Assembly (NCBI GenBank): GCA_963767735.1
Contig: CAVYES010000004.1
Span: 527,342-591,341 of the forward strand
Length of the DNA: 64,000 bases
Reading direction: 5' to 3'
Source: Candidatus Bathyarchaeota archaeon
GTDB taxonomy: Archaea; Thermoproteota; Bathyarchaeia; Bathyarchaeales; Bathycorpusculaceae
In this document: positions 51,087-62,220 of the stretch, piece by piece
Numbering within the stretch: the first letter of the stretch is position 1
Layout: every line of letters starts with the position of its first letter
Made by a program: the position numbers and the translations under genes
Notes under the pieces: model-generated
Seen by the model: only the letters and a program-made list of their open reading frames with translations
Told to the model about the DNA's origin: nothing
The model's database searches: none

Positions 51087-51656
51087 ATTCTCGAAGTACA
51101 ACGAACCTTATATAATCATAGTTTCTTTTTTCTAAAAAAGCTTAACTTGCTCTCCTTCAGTTTGTTTCAACGGAGAAATTGGCATCGAGTTGGATTTTTA
51201 TCGCCCGGGACGAGTAGAAATTGCATTAAGTAAGGCGGCATCAAGGGTTCTTTAGACCAAAATTTAGTAGTTACTTGTGTTTGAAGGTGGTATTCATTCG
51301 GCTAGGACACATTTTAAAAAATCAGATGCAAATTATCTTTAGCTATCTTGGGTTTTTTTGTGCTGTGCCTCCGTTTGGGGCTATATCTTGCGTCATCGAT
51401 AGGCAGTTTCAGCTTATCTGGGCGTTAGCGATGTTTTAAATTGTGGCATTGCGTTTTTCGACCTAAACGAAATTTGACCGAATGGTAACTTTTTACAATA
51501 AATAGTTAAAAAACCATGTGTTGACTTGTACAATTAGCATCAAATCATTAAAAAAGCATGATGCCTATGTTGCTTATGCTGATGCAGTAAGCGAAAAGTA
51601 GAAACTCCATAATTTAACGCGCCAATTAAAAAGATGCTGCCGCTTGATTTTAAATT

Positions 51657-52073
51657 TTATAATTCGCCCATTACTTGGATTATTATGGTTCTTTTTCTCG
51701 GGTAAACATCTGTTTCCACAAAAATCAGTGACTGCCAAGTTCCAAACGCCACGTTGCCATCAACTATTGGCAAAGTTTTGTCTGGCGGAAGAAGCATGGA
51801 ACGCAAATGTGAATGGGCGTTGGAGGGATGCTGGTAAGCCTTATTTTTAGGTACGAGTTCCTCGAGTAACTCCTTGATGTCATTTAGCAATGCGTAATCG
51901 TTTTCAGTTAAAATTAGTATGCCTGTCGCGTGCGGCGCAAAGATGTGGGCTACTCCGTTTTTGATGCCTGAGAGTGAAACCTCTTCCTGCACTTTATCGG
52001 ATAAATCAATGAAGTCTATTTCTCCTTTAGTGTTGAAGCTATAACTTTTGTTTACAACTTTAAAGTTTGACAT
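51657..52073 (-). CDS. yjbQ: YjbQ/UPF0047 protein
   Basis: H.T, EN, Y.H..NAHSH, GTWQ. Confidence 0.9.
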   Translation of the reverse strand: MSNFKVVNKSYSFNTKGEIDFIDLSDKVQEEVSLSGIKNGVAHIFAPHATGILILTENDYALLNDIKELLEELVPKNKAYQHPSNAHSHLRSMLLPPDKTLPIVDGNVAFGTWQSLIFVETDVYPRKRTIIIQVMGEL

Positions 52074-52616
52074 TCTTAGCATCTTTCCTTATTGTTTATC
52101 TTTATTGAAACGTTGAAAAATGTTTCGAGACTAAGCACTTTGAAACTTTCCATTTGTTAACGTAACGATTAAGGTCTACCTCAGCAGAAGCCCTTCAAAA
52201 ACTGAAATACCCAAATAATTGCTTTAACTGTTTACTTTTTACTTAAATATTCGTATTTTTTTAACATTTATTTGTTAAAAATAACCATTCCTAAAGGCCT
52301 TCGCTGAATAAAAAAGTTTAATCAACCATCAGATACGCAAAAACAGTTGAGTTAAAGCTGAAAGATAACCCTGCTGACTCCAGAAATCACTTAATTCAGC
52401 CCAAAAAAAGGTAATTTTAATCGATTTTTCCTCTTTTGACTACGTTTACTTTCTATCCTCATGCTAAAAAACGTCTTTTGCTTGCTCAATTGCGATTTTT
52501 AAGTAACTTTGTTTTTGTTTGCATCATGTATATTTAAGGTTCGCTGTTTTTCGAGATTTGGGTTAGTTAAAAGGTCAAAATTGCATGTAGTTTGAGACTT
52601 TTAAGATGAGGAGTCA

Positions 52617-52632
52617 GTTGATGCTTGTATAC
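52617..52632 (-). repeat. Dispersed motif copy 3 (2-nt deletion)
   Basis: rc GTATACAAGCATCAAC. Confidence 0.7.
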
Positions 52633-52844
52633 AACGCTTCAAAGAAGATACCTCTGTCAACTGCCAGTTGATCCTTTGATCATTCAAATTTGGTGTGGCA
52701 CAAGTTTCATTTAATTCACACAGGTATAATCAATATCCCAACGGGGCAAATGTCAGCTCTTAAGATAGCGAGATAAATTTGGAAATAAAAACAAGCTTCC
52801 ATTTTAAACAATCACGCTTTTCAGATTTATAAAAAACTTAGCAG

Positions 52845-53080
52845 AATACCTGCCGCGTTAGCGGCAGGATGAATGCGTCCAACCCGCAGTTCTATTAGCC
52901 GTTCAAGCCGATAGGTCTAGTCACCATTGGATAAGGGGGGGTGATAGAACCTGAGCGAGAAAGTCAAGATCGTGTGCTTACCAAGCTAACTACCACCTTA
53001 TCTGGGCCACCAAATACCGGCGCAAGGTACTTCTAGGCTCAGTTGAGGTTAGATTGGAGGAAGTACTTAAAACGATTGCT
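52845..53080 (+). mobile_element. tnpA: IS200/IS605 left part: end hairpin plus truncated tnpA
   Basis: Hairpin CCTGCCGC-GTTA-GCGGCAGG (52849-52868); 52955-53080 reads RKSRSCAYQANYHLIWATKYRRKVL..VEVRLEEVLKTIA. Confidence 0.8.
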
Positions 53081-53099
53081 CTAACACGCTTTTATCCTC

Positions 53100-53951
53100 A
53101 TGGAAGCCTGTGAAGTTGTCAGGCTTTTCGTCAACAAAGCAATAGTTTCTGCAGAACCAAAACGACGGGGAAATCCAGGATACGGACGCCTAAGAGCACT
53201 CAGAGTTCTTGTCTACGCAAGACTGAAAGGATTAGAGAACGACACCCGCATAGTTGAACATCTAAAGAAGCATTCGGACGCTGCTAGAACACTTGGGTTG
53301 TGCAAAGTGCCTGATAGAACCACTGTTGGAAGATGGTGGAGACGCTATCTCAGCCTACTTGAAGAGACTTTTGGAAAAATATCTAGCATGCTTCAACTCA
53401 TGTCGCCAACCACTTTTCTAATTGTTGATTCAACACCACTAGTAGACCTCTACGATATGGAAGCCGGCTGGGGTCACACAAGCAGAGGAAAATTCAGAGG
53501 CTTCAAACTTCATGCAGCCGTAAACCAGTTAGGATTGCCATTGAGAGCAGTCGTCACGCCGGGGAACCGTTATGATTCGCCGTTTCTTCCCAAGCTCATT
53601 GAGGATTTGGAGGCAGATTACGTTTTAGCTGACGCGGGCTACGACTCGAAAACAAACTACAGAGCCGTCAAGGACATTGATGCTGAGCCAGTTATTGCTT
53701 CTAACCCTAGACGAGGGAAACGCAAGAAGATCAAGCATGCCCAGCTCTTGAAGACTAGGCGTTATGTGGTTGAGCAGTTTAACGGGCACATTAAAGCTAA
53801 CGTTTTGAAGCAATGCTGGATAAGGCCAAGGGGTTTGGTAAAGAAAGCGGCGATGGTTATGGCTGGATTGATAAGTTTTGATGCAGAAGCAATGAAATCT
53901 TTGGTTCTTGGCGAAGAAAGTCTAAAGCACGTGAGCAAGTACTGGGCTTGA
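53100..53951 (+). mobile_element. Intact DDE transposase (IS5/IS982-like)
   Basis: VDSTP, GFKLH, ADAGYDS, R..VE; CTCTAA direct repeats at 53079 and 53959. Confidence 0.88.
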
Positions 53952-54039
53952 TCCAATACTCTAAAGGTTATGGAGCCTGCGAGACACCAAACCAATGGCA
54001 TTTCAGGATTCCAGCCCAGACCTGCTCAATAGATTAATA

Positions 54040-54501
54040 GTTAACAAAACTATAAAAAACGAATTGTGCACAGGTCAACTCCAGTTTTAAATCCAACGTA
54101 TTAGGCGGCTTTCGCTCCGTCTTGTCAACTCGGACGAAGGAAGCCATTATCGAAATCGTCTTCGCCACAGGTCTGTCTAATGTTGTTATTATCGCTTCCA
54201 AAACGTCTACATTGGAAAGAACGTCAATATTGGCGCTGGAACAAGGATTTTTGATAGCGATTTTCACTCTCTTAACTATTTGGAGCGTAGCCACAGGCCC
54301 GAAATAAACATTAAGTCAAAACCAGTAATCATCAAGGAACCGCGCATTCATCGGCGGGGACGTCATCATTCTAAAGGGGGTCACAGTAGGCAAAGAGGCA
54401 GTGATTGGGATGGGATCAGTTGGGCCAAGGATGTACCTGCAGGAGAGATATGGGCTAGAAACCCTGCCCGATTCATCGAGAGGGTTCATCAGAATCAATG
54501 A
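54040..54501 (+). pseudogene. Hexapeptide-repeat (LbH) O-acyltransferase with several frameshifts
   Basis: Pieces read IGKNVNIGAG..IFDSDFH, ILKGVTVG..AVIG, KDVPAGEIWA.NPARFI; start approximate. Confidence 0.75.
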
Positions 54502-54838
54502 TTTATAGCGAGCTACTTCGTTCCGGAATAAACGTTTTGAAGAATACCGTTGACGTGTTTCAAAGGAAATAGAGCAAACTTTGCGGTAGGATGTCGCTGC
54601 GTCAGTTACAATATAAACATGGAACATAGTCACATTTTGGCATATCCTTGCGCTTCCGCTCGTTTCCAATAAACTAAAAATAAATTAAAAATGAAAGATT
54701 TTTGCCAAAATAAACGATGTCGCTTAGCCGCTTGTTGTCTCGTGTCCACCTATATGTAGAGAAAAGGCGATAAGCAGTGCAGTTTTACTTACAACATTAA
54801 GAATCTCGTCCGAAACTGAAAAGGAAGAATTACTCAAA

Positions 54839-55274
54839 TCATTCCTTGAATCCTGCTCCAATCCCGTAAAATATAGTTGAAAGCTTTGATGGACGCTTTG
54901 TAAGAACCTCTCTAATACCTAGAAGGACCCAACCAAAAAGAGCAGCAAACTGGAAAATCTCCAAATTCCCTCCTCTGAAAGCCGCTGCAGTATAATACCA
55001 CAATATCTCGAATAAGCCCAAAGAAAAGATAACTGCCAACAAAGCATAGTAAATAGGCTTCAACGTGTTTTCCCTCTGCAAGAACAAAACAAGAGCAAAA
55101 CATGTAATTGCAGTAACCAGCGTGGAAATTCGAATTCCAGAGAAAGGGAAAACGAACCATATGCTCTCGATTTTGACCCATTTCGTTTGCAACATCACAA
55201 TTACAGTGATTAAATACTGCAAGAACAATCAAGGTGGGTTTAATGATTTGCACATTTATTGTCTTTAATTTCAT
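54839..55274 (-). pseudogene. Membrane protein, probably frameshifted and truncated
   Basis: TM-rich ORF 54839..55228; upstream ATG 55274 is in another frame. Confidence 0.5.
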
Positions 55275-55401
55275 GAAGCTTATTTTCTTCTTTCCGTTTT
55301 CTATCTTTAGATTATTATTTTGATGCTTTAGATATAAGATTTTAGCGCGATGTCTTGCCCCTTATTATGAGTTGACTTGGGTTTGATTAAACTTTAAGTG
55401 C

Positions 55402-55424
55402 GTTTTGGTGATGCTTTTGTATAC
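55402..55424 (-). repeat. Dispersed motif copy 4
   Basis: rc is identical to copy 1 over 23 nt. Confidence 0.85.
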
Positions 55425-56426
55425 CGCTAGCCCTGGACTTAAAGCCGCTCAACGTTGTGACTATTTACCAATATTCTGCCTTCTGAAAGTTAAGGCAGGC
55501 AGTGTTCAACCAATCGAAGTATTTCTGCTTCTTACCCTTCAGGCCCTAAAAAAATATCCTTTAACCTTATTCAATCCTTAACTTATTTTACAATTGAAAA
55601 TAATCCCGGAGCCCCACTGCGACTATTGAGTCTAACTGTTGGGTGAACTAGCGAACTCTATTGTGCAGTTTCTAATTTTTTGCTTTCCAGTCGAGGGAAG
55701 AAAAAGCCAGACCGAGGCTGTTCAGCCAGTGCTTTTTTGAGGAAGAATTTTTAAATTTACAAATTTTTTTGCGGCTTTTCTATCTTTAAAAAACGGTCAA
55801 TCGTTTACGTTATTTTAATAAAATAGGCAATTTTAAAGGCTATTTCACCATAAGTGTTATGTGATGTTGGTGTTTTTGTGCGAAACTGCAAAGCTAAAAA
55901 ATCAGCCAAAATTTTTCTATGGTGACGATAATTTAAACGCTTGCTTTAGAGCTTGAAAGCCAAAATAGCCTTGATTCAGCCTTTTCTCTGCTTGCCTAAG
56001 GACACTGGCATGGGGAATATCGGGGCCTCATATAAGTACCCTCGAAAATCTCCATACGAAGCAAAGGCCCGTTTTTTCGATTCAGCTTCGAGTATTTTGC
56101 AGCTTTTGTCAAGAGCTGTGAAAACTTCGCCGATTTAGCACAAAAACTAATAATGAAATTTTTGACAATCCGAACTCAATTGAGGGCTGCTGTTCAGTTG
56201 AGAGGGTCACAGTGAATTTTTTCTTAGGGGCATTCTCGCCACTCGAAGGGTTTGCTAGATTTTTTCCAGCCAAGACCAACTAACTAAATTTTTGTCTTCA
56301 ACGCCTCTTTTAATTTTGCTGGGGAAATTCAGTTACTAAATTGATACCCTACCCGCCTTCTAAGTCAACTTTGGGTGTCTACTGATAGCTGGCGGTGGCC
56401 ATTTCAAATGATGTATGGAAATGCAT

Positions 56427-56450
56427 GTTTTGGTTGATGCTTCCGTATAC
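56427..56450 (-). repeat. Dispersed motif copy 5
   Basis: rc GTATACGGAAGCATCAACCAAAAC. Confidence 0.75.
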
Positions 56451-56703
56451 AATTGGGGTTGCTGAAGTTGTTTTGGCTTCTTCACTGAACTTTGCAGAGC
56501 GGAAATTTTGTCTCTAAGGGGCTTTGTTTTGTGGTCTTTTGGGGTCAGCGCTTGCTTTTGTAGTGGTTAGTGTAGTCTAAACAGGCAAGATTTTGTGTGT
56601 GTGAATGAAAGGTTTTACGTTGCCAGTAACATTAGTGAGGTTGGTATTACTATCAATCATTAACGTCACCAATGTTCTCCAGAAGCACCAACCCCTTTCA
56701 ACA

Positions 56704-56726
56704 GTATACAAAAGCATCAACACAAC
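56704..56726 (+). repeat. Dispersed motif copy 6
   Basis: GTATACAAAAGCATCAACACAAC. Confidence 0.85.
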
Positions 56727-56804
56727 ACAGTTTTCCCCGCTCTTCAAGGCAACAATTTTTATCTCCAAAGCCTGATAAAGTAGCAAACATAAAAGGGAAA
56801 AACA

Positions 56805-57239
56805 TTGAGCACCGAATTAGATAGGGTAAGGCTTCGCCGTTGGCGCAAAAGAGGCTTCTACAGTGAAACCGTACTCGTGAAGCTTCTGCAGAAGAAAGGC
56901 TACAACGCAGTCCGAATTCCAGTAAGCAACCCCAGCCTCAACCCCCTGCCAGACATAATGGCTCGAAGGGGCGAACACAGCTACGCTTTCGAAGTAAAAA
57001 ACGCCACCTACTACGCTTACTTTCCCAAACAGCAAATTGATAAACTCTTCAGATTTCTCGACCTCTTCATCCCAGCCGACAAAGCATATAAACACGCCGT
57101 CGTTGCAGCACATCTGGGCAAAAGGTGGCTTTTCAAAGAAATCAGCTGGAGTGATTGGGAGAAAAATAAGCTTCCTGAAAAAGTTAGGATTCTCAAGCGG
57201 GACAGAGGAAATCTTAACCTAGATACAACTTACACTTAA
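56805..57239 (+). CDS. Hjc/Hje-like Holliday junction resolvase family nuclease
   Basis: G...E..L...L...GY..VR...S...PD......EVK. Confidence 0.8.
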   Translation: MSTELDRVRLRRWRKRGFYSETVLVKLLQKKGYNAVRIPVSNPSLNPLPDIMARRGEHSYAFEVKNATYYAYFPKQQIDKLFRFLDLFIPADKAYKHAVVAAHLGKRWLFKEISWSDWEKNKLPEKVRILKRDRGNLNLDTTYT

Positions 57240-57313
57240 AAAGGGAGAAATTTACCCCAACATTATTATCTTTAATATCCACCCTCTTTTTTCAAGTTAA
57301 AGGTGCGGTTACT

Positions 57314-58024
57314 GTGTCGGAAAAAGAAGGCACCATGGTCTATGCGGAAGCTTTAGGTAAAGTCTACCAAATAGGCAAAACTAAAATTGAAGTGTTAAAG
57401 GACATAACTTTTTCAATTCCTAAAGCAAAATTTGTGGTAGTCAGCGGTCCTTCAGGCTCAGGCAAAACAACGCTGCTAAACATAATTGCTGGAATCGACA
57501 GGCCGACAAGCGGAAAAATTTTTGTCCAAGGAGAAGATTTGAACGATAAAAATGAAGATTTCTTGTCAGATTTTCGGTGCACCAACGTGGGCTTTGTTTT
57601 TCAAGCTTATAATTTAGTTTCCACTTTAACGGTTGCTGAGAATGTTGCTTTTCCAATGGAATGGAGTGAAAAGCCTGAAGAAGAAATAGAAAAACGCATA
57701 GCTGAATTGTTGGAAACGGTAGGGTTGCAGGATCGGGCGAATCATTTTCCATCTCAACTTAGCGGTGGGGAGCAGCAACGTGTGGCTTTTGCGAGGGCGT
57801 TAGCGAATGACCCGCCGCTTTTACTTGCGGATGAGCCAACAGGCAATTTAGATGAAAAAAATGCTCAGAAAATTGTTCAAGTGCTTCAATTGTTGAAGGA
57901 AAAGGGAAAAACGGTTATTGTTTCAACCCATGACCTCCAAATAAAGCGGTTAGCAGATAAAGGTTTAAGCCTTGAAGCTGGCAAATTGGCGAGCGAAAAT
58001 GAGTACAGCAGCTTTTCCAATTAA
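57314..58024 (+). CDS. LolD-type ABC ATPase
   Basis: [21 protein letters not shown]. Confidence 0.93.
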   Translation: MSEKEGTMVYAEALGKVYQIGKTKIEVLKDITFSIPKAKFVVVSGPSGSGKTTLLNIIAGIDRPTSGKIFVQGEDLNDKNEDFLSDFRCTNVGFVFQAYNLVSTLTVAENVAFPMEWSEKPEEEIEKRIAELLETVGLQDRANHFPSQLSGGEQQRVAFARALANDPPLLLADEPTGNLDEKNAQKIVQVLQLLKEKGKTVIVSTHDLQIKRLADKGLSLEAGKLASENEYSSFSN

Positions 58025-59873
58025 TGATTTGCTTCGAAGGAAGCTTCAGACAACCTTAATCATTGCTACTTTAACGTTAAGTGTCGCCTCTACACTGTTT
58101 CTTTTACTATACAGCAGTCGTCTAGGCTTCAACTTAACCTCAGCCACCGGAACTTTAACTGCAGGCTTAACCACTACCCTTACTCAGTTCTTACTTTTCG
58201 TCGGCATATTGATTTTTGCTGTAGGAGCCGTTTTAACCTCCTTCATCGCTTTCTTAATGATGGCTCAACGAACACGTGATTTCGGCTTGATAAAGGCAGC
58301 CGGATGCCCAAATAATCTTGTTGCAGGATACTTCCTGACAGAACTTTTAATAACGACATTCGCTGGATGCATTTTTGGCGTAATTCTTGGTTTTTTAATG
58401 GATTCTGTCGCTGCTAACATCGTTTTTTCTGCATATCAGTTGCCCAATTTATGGTTTGCACTCTTGGTTTTTGTTGTGTTTTTTGTTCTTTCACTGATTT
58501 TTGGGGCTCTACCGCTCCTTAAAGCATCCAGAATGTCGCCCGTGAAGGCGCTTTCACCCGTAAACTATTACAGTTTAACCGCGGAAAACAAGCATAAACC
58601 GCTATCACGGCACGGTATAACTTGGAAAATCTCTACCCGAAGCTTGATTCGTCGGCAATCAGCAAGTCTTAGAATTATCCTGTTGCTATCAGTAGTTTTC
58701 ATTCTCCTAACGGTTTCTGTTGCGGGAGGAATTATTGCCAGCGCCACCTCAATATCATGGGTTCAACAAACCACAAATAAAAACGCGGTTGCAATTGCAA
58801 CCAATGGCATGGGTAACCAGTATGAACTGCTTTTGTCAAAGTTTTCTGGAGCCTCAGCAACCGGCGTTTTTAACTATTCAGACTCCTCTCTGGCGATTCC
58901 CGAGTCAGTCATTGAGCAGCTTAGCGCCCTGCCAAGCGTGAATGTAGTGGATTCGCGGTTAGTTTTAAACGAGGAGGTTCATGAAATTGACAATTTCACG
59001 ATTGACCCTGACACTATGGTAACCTCGACTGTGGGCGGAAATAGGGAAAGAAATTCAATAATAATCGGGGTTAATCCAGACAATTTGAGTGGAACTTGGA
59101 ATGTTGAGGGTCGACTTTTAAATGCCAATGATGATTTTGAGGCCGTTATTGGCGATTCCATTTCTCAATCAATGTACATGCCTGACCCAAGTAAACAAAT
59201 AACATCAGCCAACCCTCTGGTGGAAGGCATCGCTTTCCAAAATAACACCTTCAACATCGTTGGAGTTTGCATTGATCCAATAAACAATGGTTTAGTAACC
59301 TACGTGCCCATTGAAACACTGGAAAATATAACCGGTCTGTCTAACCCTAATCTGCTATTGATTACGCTAAACAGCTCAGCAGATCAGCCTGTTGCCATTG
59401 CGCAAATTAAGACATTAGTCCAATCGATAGATCCTAACTTGAATGTTTTTCCTTTAAACAGCGTTGTGGAAAAAAACACGGGTTTTTTGGCCTCAACTTG
59501 GCAGACGATAATGCTTCTGCCGCTCTTTATCTTAGCCTCTGCCGCTCTTTGTCTAGTGGGTTTCATGATGCTTGCAGTGGATGAGCAACATCAAGAATTT
59601 GCCGTTTTGCGGGCTGTGGGGGCTAAACCAAGAATTGTTATCTTTGTTTTGGCAATCCAGAGCATAATTGTGCTGATTTCGAGTTTTGCGGTCGGAATAT
59701 CTCTCGGTACCATTATAACTTTGCTTATTTTGACGCCCCAGCCAGTGGTTACAAGTTTTACGATTTTGGAGATAACAGGTTGGCTTCTTGCAGCTTTAGC
59801 AGGAATGTTCCTTTTGAGCCTTTACCCAGCTTTCAGATTGGCCAGGGCTTCAATTTTAAAAATTATGACTTAA
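57999..59873 (+). CDS. FtsX-like ABC permease (two FtsX domains)
   Basis: QRTRDFGLIKAAG and EFAVLRAVGA. Confidence 0.88.
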   Translation: MSTAAFPINDLLRRKLQTTLIIATLTLSVASTLFLLLYSSRLGFNLTSATGTLTAGLTTTLTQFLLFVGILIFAVGAVLTSFIAFLMMAQRTRDFGLIKAAGCPNNLVAGYFLTELLITTFAGCIFGVILGFLMDSVAANIVFSAYQLPNLWFALLVFVVFFVLSLIFGALPLLKASRMSPVKALSPVNYYSLTAENKHKPLSRHGITWKISTRSLIRRQSASLRIILLLSVVFILLTVSVAGGIIASATSISWVQQTTNKNAVAIATNGMGNQYELLLSKFSGASATGVFNYSDSSLAIPESVIEQLSALPSVNVVDSRLVLNEEVHEIDNFTIDPDTMVTSTVGGNRERNSIIIGVNPDNLSGTWNVEGRLLNANDDFEAVIGDSISQSMYMPDPSKQITSANPLVEGIAFQNNTFNIVGVCIDPINNGLVTYVPIETLENITGLSNPNLLLITLNSSADQPVAIAQIKTLVQSIDPNLNVFPLNSVVEKNTGFLASTWQTIMLLPLFILASAALCLVGFMMLAVDEQHQEFAVLRAVGAKPRIVIFVLAIQSIIVLISSFAVGISLGTIITLLILTPQPVVTSFTILEITGWLLAALAGMFLLSLYPAFRLARASILKIMT

Positions 59874-60563
59874 CGAATTGAAAGTTTTCTGAAAACATTT
59901 TAGCGTTTCGGTGTAGACTGGTAGTTGGTTTAGGAAATCTTGTAGTTGAAGGACAGGTACGATGGGTACCTCATAGTAGAACTTAAATGAGCTAGGCATT
60001 AGGGATAATATAGCCGGAATAAACTTTGCTTCACTCCAATTAGTGCACTCAAGTTTTAAAGCGATGTTAGGCAATGAATCGGCGAATGACCTTGTACGTT
60101 CCACCTGAGAATTAACGATTCTCTTCAAAGCTGAAGCTGCAATGGCATGTTGCCAATGTTTGCAATCTATACAAATGACTAAGGGTCTCTTGCACCCAAC
60201 TACATCTATCTCCCATCTGCGAGATGCACTTTTAAATCGAACGTTATTTGAAACCGTGTATCCGTTTTTTTTCAATGCAAAGGCGGTCATTTCTTCAAAT
60301 TCTTGCCAACAAAGCAAGTTGCTGATATTCTCTAAGTCTGCTCCTAAAGATGCTGCTTTAACTGCTAGTTTGAGCCTACCGTCGCTTTCTACTTCGACGC
60401 TGTTCTGTTTTAAATAAATGAGGCCTTCGTTTTGCAGTTTATCAAGCAATTTTCGGCCAGTAGGTGATGGTATACGGGCATCTCTATTGACATTTTCAGC
60501 TAAAACCGATCCTTTTTTCGTCAATTTAAGAAGAGAAATTAAAAGATTACACTCAACACTCAT
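59856..60563 (-). CDS. wHTH plus Mrr-like restriction-endonuclease-fold protein
   Basis: WQEFE...GY...EIDV...DCKHW. Confidence 0.82.
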   Translation of the reverse strand: MSVECNLLISLLKLTKKGSVLAENVNRDARIPSPTGRKLLDKLQNEGLIYLKQNSVEVESDGRLKLAVKAASLGADLENISNLLCWQEFEEMTAFALKKNGYTVSNNVRFKSASRRWEIDVVGCKRPLVICIDCKHWQHAIAASALKRIVNSQVERTRSFADSLPNIALKLECTNWSEAKFIPAILSLMPSSFKFYYEVPIVPVLQLQDFLNQLPVYTETLKCFQKTFNSLSHNF

Positions 60564-60655
60564 GGTAAACCCTTAAGCAGATTGATATAAAAAACGCAAA
60601 AAGCAGCAAATCGGGTCAAGACTAAAGAAAAATTAGGTTTGTGCAAACTAAAACG

Positions 60656-60678
60656 GTATACTAAAGCATCAACCAAAC
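60656..60678 (+). repeat. Dispersed motif copy 7
   Basis: GTATACTAAAGCATCAACCAAAC. Confidence 0.8.
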
Positions 60679-61263
60679 ACATTTTTGAAGCCCTCTCAAA
60701 TAATTTTAGCTTCATCCAAGACAATTCATTGCACCTGCAGCTTTGCCCTCATCCACATTACTGAAACGTTATTTCAGACTTACTGAAATACCCTTTCTCT
60801 CACTTTTCGCAAAAAGCAAAAACAACGAGCCTTCGTCCCCCGAAGACGTCAGCAGCAGAAAAGCGCATGGATGATTTATCAGTTATGTGTAGATTTAACA
60901 ATAACTTTTATAATATTTTAAACTATATCATGTAAAAAATCACCATTCGATTGATTTTCGCTCTTAAAAATCGCCCCCGGCGAAAACTTTGCGCAAAAAT
61001 ACTTATCAAAAAACCTGAGAATAAGATACTAACCGTTAAAACGCTTTAATTAAGAGTGTAAGAGGAGAATTTAAATGCTTCCTTGCATATTTCCAGCTTT
61101 CACAGGCCATCTTTCATGCTTTAAAGGCTGATTTTTGTAATTTATTGCCTTTTTTGACTCAATTTGCTTTTCGTGGGCGTTACGTATATTTAAGGTTCGC
61201 TTATTTTCGAGAAATTTTGGGCGTTTAAGGAGTTTAACTTCAGGTATGCAGTGCTTTAAAGTG

Positions 61264-61286
61264 GTTTCGGTGATGCTTTTGTATAC
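61264..61286 (-). repeat. Dispersed motif copy 8
   Basis: rc GTATACAAAAGCATCACCGAAAC. Confidence 0.85.
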
Positions 61287-61373
61287 AACGGATGTTTAAC
61301 CGTGAGAACTGACAGGTTAACCTATCCGATAAGGTTGTTAAAATAGAAAGGAACAGATGAGAGAAAAATTATT

Positions 61374-61574
61374 TTATTTCTCTTTTTCTTGGATTTCGCA
61401 TTGAAGCCTTTTTATGATTTCATCCGCTCTTAAAGGCTCAATTTTCAACGTATAAAGTTGGCGGGGTGTACGAAGTTTAAGTTTAACAGAGCCTTTAAGT
61501 CTCTGCACTGAGCAGTGCTTTGCTTTGGCGCTCATAGCTACAAACTTATCAACATCAGTAATTTCAGACGGCAT
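61374..61574 (-). CDS. rpl38e: Ribosomal protein eL38
   Basis: MP.EI.D...F.......K.K.RT...LYTL. Confidence 0.85.
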   Translation of the reverse strand: MPSEITDVDKFVAMSAKAKHCSVQRLKGSVKLKLRTPRQLYTLKIEPLRADEIIKRLQCEIQEKEK

Positions 61575-61773
61575 ACAGTTTCCTCTTACAAGTAGCTCTC
61601 ATGGATGCAAGTCCAGTTTTTATTTGTTGCGGTGAAAAATAATTGAACCCACCGAAAGGGAAAAAATCTTTAACTTTAGTACTCATAATCAAATATGCTA
61701 AATGGAAACAGTTTAAACATGCTTAAAGAAAAAAAGGTTCAGATTTATTTCTGCCGATAGAAAGCCTTCTCAC

Positions 61774-61974
61774 TTAAGGCTTTTTTGACCGTATGCCAAG
61801 CTTAAGGTTAACCTCAACTGTGTATTCTTTTTCAGCTTTTCCAACCGCAAAGTTCCATTCTTTTACATCGACTTCCATGTCTTTGAATTGATTCATAATC
61901 GCTTCTCTATAGTCTTGAGCAGTTTGGCCGATTTTCTGTAGCTTCTCAGTTAGATTAATGGATGTTTCAGGCAC
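61774..61974 (-). CDS. Small hypothetical protein
   Basis: GGAGGTG Shine-Dalgarno before GTG; plausible composition. Confidence 0.7.
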   Translation of the reverse strand: MPETSINLTEKLQKIGQTAQDYREAIMNQFKDMEVDVKEWNFAVGKAEKEYTVEVNLKLGIRSKKP

Positions 61975-62220
61975 AATTACACCTCCTAATAACAATGCTA
62001 ACTACGCTAAAGGCATTGATAATTAACTGCTTTTAACAATTTGTGACTGTACGGGCACAACAACAAAAAGTTCAGTTTCAAAAACGGATAGGCTTGTAGT
62101 CGGCAGGTTCCTGCAGGACGTAAAAACCTCTAAACTAAACTTGCAATTTGGTACAAGTTAACGCAAAGAATGTTTTAAACCGCACAATTTTATTGATGTA
62201 AGAACGCTGCTCTTTTGGTT

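Noticed and set aside
52870-54035. Apparent large structured RNA (SRP, RNase P or HEARO-like) interrupted by the IS, suggested by nested short complementarities
   Set aside because: The left part translates as IS200 TnpA; no SRP helix-8 or complete RNase P motifs; the pairings are short and probably chance
55900-56400. Possible decayed minus-strand gene with stop codons at Trp-like positions
   Set aside because: No recognisable family and too many stops to support recoding or a product call
56805-60563. Hjc-like and Mrr-like nucleases flanking an ABC transporter as a defence system
   Set aside because: Both resemble widespread stand-alone archaeal proteins; no methylase or operon link is visible
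48033-61286. Motif read as a CRISPR repeat, a C/D box or the lambda att core (GCTTTTTTATAC resemblance)
   Set aside because: No regular spacer periodicity and mixed strands; TGATGC is not followed by a D box; the lambda similarity is short and no integrase is present
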